From positions 32,212 through 96,211 of the IMG/VR virus record IMGVR_UViG_3300043449_000692: 64,000 nt of DNA; one strand, written 5' to 3'. Source of the stretch: a virus. A model generated the notes under the pieces. That model saw only the letters and a list, made by a program, of their open reading frames with translations, did not search any database and had not been told where the DNA came from. Shown one piece after another: positions 57,389-64,000 of this stretch; the stretch's first letter is position 1; each line of letters opens with the position of its first letter. Made by a program: the position numbers and the translations under genes.

Positions 57389-57395
57389 TATTTAG
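57389..57395 (-). promoter_or_regulatory. Putative late promoter CTAAATA upstream of gp13
   Basis: Intergenic, before AAAGGAG. Confidence 0.7.
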
Positions 57396-57404
57396 AAGAA
57401 CGGA

Positions 57405-57671
57405 TCACTGCTCCTGCTCGTTTTTCAGGCGGTCTACGAGTCTGGCAAGTTCGCCTTCGCGGTTGCATATGGCATCGCAATACGGGTCATTCAGAGGGAG
57501 GTATATGGTGTTTGATCCGTCACTGGCGTAGTGCCGAACTCCCCCCTCATACACTCGAATAGAGAATCCGAACGGAGCAGAGTATGTTGGATGAACTCTT
57601 AAAAAGTCCTCAAACGAGTACTTTCGTTCGTTGATCTCAATCTGATTTAGATCATAATGTACAAGTTTCAT
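57405..57671 (-). CDS. Hypothetical protein (88 aa)
   Basis: Fills the gap in the structural module. Confidence 0.65.
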   Translation of the reverse strand: MKLVHYDLNQIEINERKYSFEDFLRVHPTYSAPFGFSIRVYEGGVRHYASDGSNTIYLPLNDPYCDAICNREGELARLVDRLKNEQEQ

Positions 57672-57676
57672 GGCTT

Positions 57677-59575
57677 TCAGTTCAATTCTTCTTCAAGGGG
57701 AAGAATCTCGTCTTCATTAATCTGATACTTTCCTTCTGGTCGGTTTGTTTTCTTCGATGCTCTTGCAGGTGGAGACACAAACACAACTCCAACATCAGCA
57801 ACTCCAGGAGCAACCTTTCTAGCCAAACCTTCTTCAACAAATCCAGAAACAGATCGAAGTTGTGAGAAAGAAGACTTGCTTGATATAGTGTTGTTCATGG
57901 AAACACCCAACTGTATGGCTTTGGTGTGGTATTCCACTATGTCTTGATATAGATTGCGTACATCAGCACTAACAACACCATACACAGTACCTGTGTCGTA
58001 GTCTTTGATGTAAAAAGTTCCTGTGTTTCCGTTGTACACAATATCATCAAAGTATGTTCGTAGTTCTCGTATATTTGATTCAATTGGAAGATACGAGAAA
58101 GAGTTTCCGCCCCAGTTTCTCTTAAAAAGCCTAGAGAAGTCACCAGAAGAACCAGAATATCCCCGCATAGCAGTGTATCCGAGAAGGAACGATATAGTGA
58201 ACTCTGCTCCGTTTCCGCGAACCTTTTTAGCGTCAGGCAGGGGTCTGGTTTCCTTTACATCACCGACAATAATACAGGCTCCACTGTCGTATCCAAAATA
58301 ATATCCAGCCGATCCACCAGAAATCTGATGACCACCACAGAATCCACCAAACAGGCAGATTCCGTGTAGAGAAGTTTCATTTCTGGAAACTAGTGCGGCA
58401 CCAACGGTGCTGTTCGGTCTGTCCAGATACACCACAGAGGAAATCACTTTTGCTTCACTCTCGCAAGGAAAAATGCTGTGACCGAGAGGACCATTCATGC
58501 TCAACAAGCGCACAGTATACTCTCCCGCAGAAATTTCGTCTGTTGGGATAGTTGCAGTCAATCCAAATGCGCTGAAGGAACGCAATGCTGCCGTTTCTCC
58601 ACCGCAACTGATTGCAAGGTCTTCTAGCCAACCCTTCAGTGGCTTGTCTCCTGAAGCACCACAACCAACACAAACGCTGGCAGTGCTGTTTCTTATGTTT
58701 CCAGACAAGCCAGCGATTTTGCCTATTCTGTTTCCGTTCCAATAAGAAGCAATCGCAGCAGATCCACCTCTATTGGAATATGCAATAGCAAAATGGTGCC
58801 ACTCGTTCAGGGTGACTCCGTTTGTTGGACAAACCGCAAGCATGACAGGCTCGTATCCCGCAGAAGCATAACTCTGTGTAGCGAAATGAAACTGCAACTG
58901 CGAAGAAGTATTGTCGTATTCTAGCCTGAACGAGTCATTGGTTGTGGGTGTAACACCGTCTGTGCTGCGAGTTATGATTATTGGATCGTATGCAGATGAC
59001 GGAGTTGATTCAAAATACACGAACGATTCTAGCAAGAAATTAGCGCAAGTGGTTCCAGACGAAGCAAAAGAAGCCAAAGAAATTCCTGCTGCTTTTGTGT
59101 CTGTGTCCAACAAAGACCCCTTGAACTGCCCCGCTCGTCTTCCAAGATAAGAAGTGGTTGTTCCTTGTTGTATGCCAATCACGGGTTCGTATTCTGTGGC
59201 TGTTGCTCCAGAAACTGAAAGACCATTGATGATTCGAGGAATCCAAGTAGACTGAAATGCTTGTTCGTTCAGAACAAACTCACCGTATTGAGTACCAGTA
59301 ATAATCTGCTCTGCGTATGGATTGATCAGAACTCGTGTGGTGAATGTTGTTTGAGAACCAGCAGGAGACTGCTCGTCAAGTGGAAGCAAATTTTCCAGTG
59401 CTTGATCTGAAGACACTCTCTCTATCTCAAGAAAGTCTACTCCGCTGTCCACCAAAACAGGCAACACAGGCTGTCTTTGTGACAGAACAGCGGGATTGTA
59501 GTCATACGGAAGCGCACCAATCTGGCTTCCCCCCTGTGTTCCGTCTGCATTGAGCGTTACAATAGTCTTTTGCAT
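57677..59575 (-). CDS. LamG/concanavalin-A-like domain virion protein
   Basis: LNEWHHFAIAY...YWNG...VG...LKGWLEDLAI. Confidence 0.72.
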   Translation of the reverse strand: MQKTIVTLNADGTQGGSQIGALPYDYNPAVLSQRQPVLPVLVDSGVDFLEIERVSSDQALENLLPLDEQSPAGSQTTFTTRVLINPYAEQIITGTQYGEFVLNEQAFQSTWIPRIINGLSVSGATATEYEPVIGIQQGTTTSYLGRRAGQFKGSLLDTDTKAAGISLASFASSGTTCANFLLESFVYFESTPSSAYDPIIITRSTDGVTPTTNDSFRLEYDNTSSQLQFHFATQSYASAGYEPVMLAVCPTNGVTLNEWHHFAIAYSNRGGSAAIASYWNGNRIGKIAGLSGNIRNSTASVCVGCGASGDKPLKGWLEDLAISCGGETAALRSFSAFGLTATIPTDEISAGEYTVRLLSMNGPLGHSIFPCESEAKVISSVVYLDRPNSTVGAALVSRNETSLHGICLFGGFCGGHQISGGSAGYYFGYDSGACIIVGDVKETRPLPDAKKVRGNGAEFTISFLLGYTAMRGYSGSSGDFSRLFKRNWGGNSFSYLPIESNIRELRTYFDDIVYNGNTGTFYIKDYDTGTVYGVVSADVRNLYQDIVEYHTKAIQLGVSMNNTISSKSSFSQLRSVSGFVEEGLARKVAPGVADVGVVFVSPPARASKKTNRPEGKYQINEDEILPLEEELN

Positions 59576-59597
59576 TTACGGTTCCTCTGTTGGCACA

Positions 59598-62500
59598 TCA
59601 TACATATCTGCCCCAGTTGTAGTTCAACGATACAAAATCTGCGGTACTTTTTGTCAGCGCGGGTCCGCTGAATCCTGGTGTACCAGCATTATAAGCGGCA
59701 TTGATCTGCGGTGTGGTTATGGTTCTGTCTCTTGGGTTAGAAGCATTTGAGGATGTGTTTAGAGAAGCAAAGAAAGTAGGAACGCTGCCAACCGCAGAAC
59801 TACTGCTCACCCAACCACTGCCGCCCGAACCAACCCCAAGAGTCCACCACATGGTTGCACCCCGTGGAGCGTTGTACAACCACTGTCTGTAAGTAGTACT
59901 GTCATTCCATCCTCCACGCGTCATAATGCGCGGGAAGTTACTGCTGACAATTCCTTGAGTTGGATTATACACAAATCGAAGAGAACCTACTCCGTATGCG
60001 TCTGCACCCAACTCCATTTTCATAACAGAACCAGAAGGACTGCTAGACATACTAGCCCGTCCACCATCGTGTCCTGCTACCAACACTCCGTATCCACCGC
60101 TAAACGCTCCAAGAGAGTTGTAAGAGATGTATAACGGAGTATGATCTCCAAAATCAACTGATGTAGGAGAAGCAGAGTTAATGGAGTAGAAACCCATGTG
60201 TTTCCCATCATGGTTCACATAATTGTGGGTATGTAGAGGAACACTAACAATTGCACTGCCTCCTCTGCCCACGCGCCATTCACCAGAACCTCGGGAGTAT
60301 AGACCGTACCCGTATGGACTAGGCGAGTAATCGTAATTTATCCCGTTACCACAAGGATTTTTCATAAAGATGTTTCCGAACACCGCACTGCCATTCAGAT
60401 CCGACAGGTGTCCGCTGTGATTCCACTCACTGATCATCATCACATTGACGAAAAGATTGGATTCACGATAGGAAGACGAACCAACATATGATTTTCCGCT
60501 GAGATGGGCGTACCCACCAATATCAACAGTGGAATTGCTGTCCACTACGAGTTTATGGTGACCTGATTGATTGATAGACTGGCAGTCCACGCTTCCACAA
60601 ATACCAACCAAGAATCCAGAAACCCTCACTGGCTTTGGATTAAGACCAAAGGAACTTCCTCCGTTGTTTGCAGACAATCCGCTCAGGGTATATCCAGCGG
60701 AAATTCCCATAGTGAATCCTTTTGCACTGAGGGAGTAATACTCGTTTGCAATGGTAACTCCCTCGGCATTGTCGCTGTAGGCAAAAAACTCTATGGCTCT
60801 GCCTGCACCGCCGTTAAGCCAAGCCACGGCTGATTCGTGATTGTCCATCTTGAAATCGGCGTTTCCACCGCCGCCTATGCGATATCCCTCGAAGCGAACC
60901 GTTTCCGAATAAGATGGACGCAAAGTAGTAGTTGTGAGCGTAGTAGTTCCACCAGAGAATCCAGTACCAGCACTCCAACCACTAGTTGTGTATGTTATTC
61001 CTGTTCCTATGATGTCTACCACTCGGGTGAAAGCAGTTCTAGTTGATCCCTCTCTCAAGTAACCAACCACGCTCTTGTACTTACTGCCACGACCAGCATC
61101 AAACACATTTGGAATGTAGAAAGCGGCAGTACTTCCGCCAAGAGTGGCACCAGGAAACACTGGTATGTTCAGTCTAAAAGAACACAGTGCTGAATTATAT
61201 CCACTGCACACCGCAACAATGTTGTCTAGTTTTGCAAAACTGTCTTCTTGAGCAGCAAGGCAGGAGGATATAGATGCCTGAACCCATGTGGTATTGTCTG
61301 CATTAAATACTGCCTTTGTTCCAGTGTTATCCGAAGCATTGCCTATAATTTTTCCAGAATCAGACACACGAATGCCACCACCATGAGAAATAACAAAGAA
61401 AGGACAGTTGTGAAGCGCACCTAGTTCGGCGTACACCAACGGACCGTCACTGTAAACATCTGCACGATTACCACTGGTCTTAAAATCTATTCCTCTGTCT
61501 ATAAACAGAGTAGACTTGTTCACCACTACACTTGCTCCGATTGTCAGGAGATTAATAGTGTTCTGACCCAGTGCTTGCGAACTGTCCTCATCCAGAGTAG
61601 ACGACAGAGTTTCGGTTTGGGCATCTGAAATCTTTCCAAACCCGTATCCGTGTATTCCTATATGACGAACTGATGTGGAAGCACCGTTCTTAAGCACCAT
61701 AAGCGGAGACATAGGATATTTCAGTCTGCTCATGCTGATCTGTGCATCCATCCCCTCGCAAATATTTGTGCTGGCGTAGGTGGGTTTATCGTAGTTTGCG
61801 TTCACAAACATGAGGTTACGAATGCTTCGTATCGAACTGCCATCCAAGAGTAGGGGAACAGAACCTACCTTGAATTCGTTGTTTGCGGTGTTGACGCGAA
61901 TGACTACGGGGAACAGAGTAAGAAGGTGAGCATCATCCGTAATGTGGATTTGCCCACTGTCACGACCAGGATAATTCCAGTTTGCACCAGAATTCTGGTT
62001 CTTTCCGTATGTGGTTGCGTTCTCAAGTTCAAGATTTGGCTGAACCACCGCGTTCGATGAGTTTACCGATGCGGTTGGTCCGTAGTATCCGTTTGGAACC
62101 GAATACTGAGGTTCTGGATAATTGCTGCTTATTTCGGCGTAGTCCAAAGCATTTCCCAAGCCACCGTCTAGTCTGCCCTTGTTTGCGCCTGCCGAAATCT
62201 GTGGAAACAACATTATTCTGCCGTCCAAGTTCTGATACTTGAACTGCATCTTCAGATCGTATGGATTCGCAGCAGCACTCTCAATTTTGGAAAGACCACA
62301 TATTGCATTTGCTTCTTCATACGACAGTCCGTGATTGAAGAAATATCGCCCAAAGTGGTGTCCCGTGTCTGCTCCTCTCTGGTACTTGTTTCCGCTGTAC
62401 ACTCCGTTCTTGCGATCCAAGTAATACGAATTGTTCCAATAAGCCATCCCACCCATGAATGCGTTTGTCACCGCAGCAAAGCAGCCCTCGTCTTCTCCAG

Positions 62501-63035
62501 TAAAGCCGTGTGAAGTGGTGCCGTTAATGCTTGAAACCGTTCCGTACTTGTCGCTTCCGTACCAAGTGTTTACCGTGCCTGTGTGTCCGTATTGCGACCA
62601 ACGGGACATATCCCAAGAGTAATCCTTTACGGAGTAGATATACCTCTGCTTGATGGCATTGAGATCGCCTTGAATAACAATGTTCTGACCCTGCGGATGG
62701 TGAAGATTCTGAGGAAACGGATTGGTGGTTTCATCGTTCAGATCGTAAGTGTATCCGTAGATGCCCTTCTGAAACTGAATAGTGAGAATTGCATCGCCTG
62801 TGACGATGTAATCCTGTGCCTTGTCCCATGCCTTCTTCAGGGTGGCATACGGCTTTGCTAGGGTTCCGTCACCAGTGGTGTCGTTGCCCCAAGTCAAGCC
62901 TGTCCATCCAGGCGCAGATCCCGTCTTGCCCAACCCGTTGTTCGCGGGAGCAATGTAGATGGTGGTGTCTTCCGCGATTACCCGCAGGTTTTCGAGGTTG
63001 GTGTTGCCAGGAAACGGTAGACTTGAGTATGCCAT
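59598..63035 (-). CDS. Large tailspike/fibre-like virion protein
   Basis: 1145 aa, G/S/N-rich; 'TIYIAP...GNDTTGDGTLAKPYATLKKA' motif typical of beta-helix/tailspike N-termini. Confidence 0.7.
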   Translation of the reverse strand: MAYSSLPFPGNTNLENLRVIAEDTTIYIAPANNGLGKTGSAPGWTGLTWGNDTTGDGTLAKPYATLKKAWDKAQDYIVTGDAILTIQFQKGIYGYTYDLNDETTNPFPQNLHHPQGQNIVIQGDLNAIKQRYIYSVKDYSWDMSRWSQYGHTGTVNTWYGSDKYGTVSSINGTTSHGFTGEDEGCFAAVTNAFMGGMAYWNNSYYLDRKNGVYSGNKYQRGADTGHHFGRYFFNHGLSYEEANAICGLSKIESAAANPYDLKMQFKYQNLDGRIMLFPQISAGANKGRLDGGLGNALDYAEISSNYPEPQYSVPNGYYGPTASVNSSNAVVQPNLELENATTYGKNQNSGANWNYPGRDSGQIHITDDAHLLTLFPVVIRVNTANNEFKVGSVPLLLDGSSIRSIRNLMFVNANYDKPTYASTNICEGMDAQISMSRLKYPMSPLMVLKNGASTSVRHIGIHGYGFGKISDAQTETLSSTLDEDSSQALGQNTINLLTIGASVVVNKSTLFIDRGIDFKTSGNRADVYSDGPLVYAELGALHNCPFFVISHGGGIRVSDSGKIIGNASDNTGTKAVFNADNTTWVQASISSCLAAQEDSFAKLDNIVAVCSGYNSALCSFRLNIPVFPGATLGGSTAAFYIPNVFDAGRGSKYKSVVGYLREGSTRTAFTRVVDIIGTGITYTTSGWSAGTGFSGGTTTLTTTTLRPSYSETVRFEGYRIGGGGNADFKMDNHESAVAWLNGGAGRAIEFFAYSDNAEGVTIANEYYSLSAKGFTMGISAGYTLSGLSANNGGSSFGLNPKPVRVSGFLVGICGSVDCQSINQSGHHKLVVDSNSTVDIGGYAHLSGKSYVGSSSYRESNLFVNVMMISEWNHSGHLSDLNGSAVFGNIFMKNPCGNGINYDYSPSPYGYGLYSRGSGEWRVGRGGSAIVSVPLHTHNYVNHDGKHMGFYSINSASPTSVDFGDHTPLYISYNSLGAFSGGYGVLVAGHDGGRASMSSSPSGSVMKMELGADAYGVGSLRFVYNPTQGIVSSNFPRIMTRGGWNDSTTYRQWLYNAPRGATMWWTLGVGSGGSGWVSSSSAVGSVPTFFASLNTSSNASNPRDRTITTPQINAAYNAGTPGFSGPALTKSTADFVSLNYNWGRYV

Positions 63036-63042
63036 ATGCCTG

Positions 63043-63049
63043 TATTTAT
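63043..63049 (-). promoter_or_regulatory. Putative late promoter ATAAATA, 7 nt from the ATG
   Basis: ATAAATA-CAGGCAT-ATG. Confidence 0.6.
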
Positions 63050-63053
63050 CCTT

Positions 63054-64000
63054 TTACGCAATACGCATGGCGTAGCCGCTGATCTGACTTGCAACAAACC
63101 AACCACCACCACCCTGATACACGCAACCCGATGCGGGTCTGTCACCACCAGTCGCGGTGTCTGCGTTCTGCTCGTTTATGAGTTGTGCGGTTCCGTTTGT
63201 TTTGGAAATCCAGGTCCACCCCTTTGCACCAGTAATTTCTGCTGGTGGGAAATCATTTGAAGCAGTTCTGTAGGGTGCTGGATCAGTTACAAGTTTCCAA
63301 GCCAATCCACTTATGCTATCACTAGCAAAACTAGTGTACGCATGAGAATGAGCAAACACCAGCCACTGACCAGCAGGCACAACCCATGTCTGTGCCATCG
63401 TAAACGAAGTGTTTTCAGCATCACCAGTGGTACTGTCTGTGTTTGAAGTCATAAATACGAACCATGTTCCAGCAGGAATTGGTGCTGCGTGGTTTCTCGG
63501 AACCGTAGCACTGCCAATGTTTCCACCCCATGTCAGAAGGGGGATCACCTGTCCCACCCCACCAGCGGCATTCGTAGCCTTTGCCATCACATTGGTGCTG
63601 CCGCCAAAGTTTCCCACCCGCAGAGTGCCGTTCACATCAAGGGTGGCTCCGTGTGAAACGGCTCCAGTTCCAATCCCAACATTTCCTGTTTGGTCAATGT
63701 AGAGTCTACTAACAGAAGCAGAGTCATTCACTCCTCGTGTTGCGACTTCCCATGCAGTATACTTGAATGATTGGGTGCTGTATCCGTTGAATCCAAAATA
63801 TCCAACAGTTGTTCCGTCCTGTTTTGTTGATATAAAGTAAGCGTCATCACGATTGTTGTTTATTCGTGTGCCACCAACACTCAATATAAGAGGATTTCGT
63901 TCGCTATTTGATGAGTCACCAGGAAAGAGGATGTCGCCCGTATTTCCGTTTCCATAAATACGCATCCGCTCTGTGCCGCTGCCGCTGTCCCCGCTTGTGT
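63054..64000 (-). CDS. C-terminal part of a tail-fibre-like protein; begins beyond the window end
   Basis: The frame stays open to the edge (..SGSGTERMRI..); 'ERMRI' and 'RLYIDQTGNVGIGT...TLDVNG' fibre repeats. Confidence 0.75.
   Translation of the reverse strand, partial: TSGDSGSGTERMRIYGNGNTGDILFPGDSSNSERNPLILSVGGTRINNNRDDAYFISTKQDGTTVGYFGFNGYSTQSFKYTAWEVATRGVNDSASVSRLYIDQTGNVGIGTGAVSHGATLDVNGTLRVGNFGGSTNVMAKATNAAGGVGQVIPLLTWGGNIGSATVPRNHAAPIPAGTWFVFMTSNTDSTTGDAENTSFTMAQTWVVPAGQWLVFAHSHAYTSFASDSISGLAWKLVTDPAPYRTASNDFPPAEITGAKGWTWISKTNGTAQLINEQNADTATGGDRPASGCVYQGGGGWFVASQISGYAMRIA

Noticed and set aside
1-64000. Active stop-codon reassignment
   Set aside because: Core genes are full length in code 11 with no in-frame stops; only avoidance of TAG is seen
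1-64000. tRNA, rRNA or large ncRNA genes
   Set aside because: Intergenic gaps are under ~100 nt and none shows a cloverleaf

Overview
The window is 64 kb of a T4-like (Kyanoviridae/Straboviridae-grade) myophage genome, and every credible gene is on the minus strand. In transcription order (right to left) it holds: virion accessory/fibre genes; neck, tail and head genes gp13-gp23; gp3; uvsY; dCMP deaminase; uvsW; gp55; gp47/46; RNase H; gp45/44/62; regA; a ~9.3 kb cluster of glycosyltransferases and NDP-sugar enzymes; an accessory block (dUTPase, UvsE, i-type lysozyme, SpeD-like, DNA methyltransferase, GroES); gp43; uvsX; gp41; gmd; gp61; thyX; two very large fibre genes (one collagen-like); and the 5' part of a monomeric B12-dependent class II ribonucleotide reductase. 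The best candidate for a novel system is a phage-encoded glycan assembly line: a complete GDP-L-fucose pathway (gmd + fcl), an epimerase, an FkbM methyltransferase, about 8 glycosyltransferase-like proteins and a TPR-bearing GT2, sitting behind late-promoter motifs. This suggests virion (protein) glycosylation. Other sequence-level signals: a late promoter consensus MTAMATA with apparently leaderless transcripts; four sigma70-type promoters that all have 16-nt spacers; an identical 10-mer hairpin element 30 nt upstream of both gp23 and gp18; no TAG stop in 69 genes; apparent absence of AGCT/GGCC/CCGG/ACGT; and a missed 43-aa histone-tail-like basic peptide. All family calls come from motif recognition by eye. 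No database searches were run.
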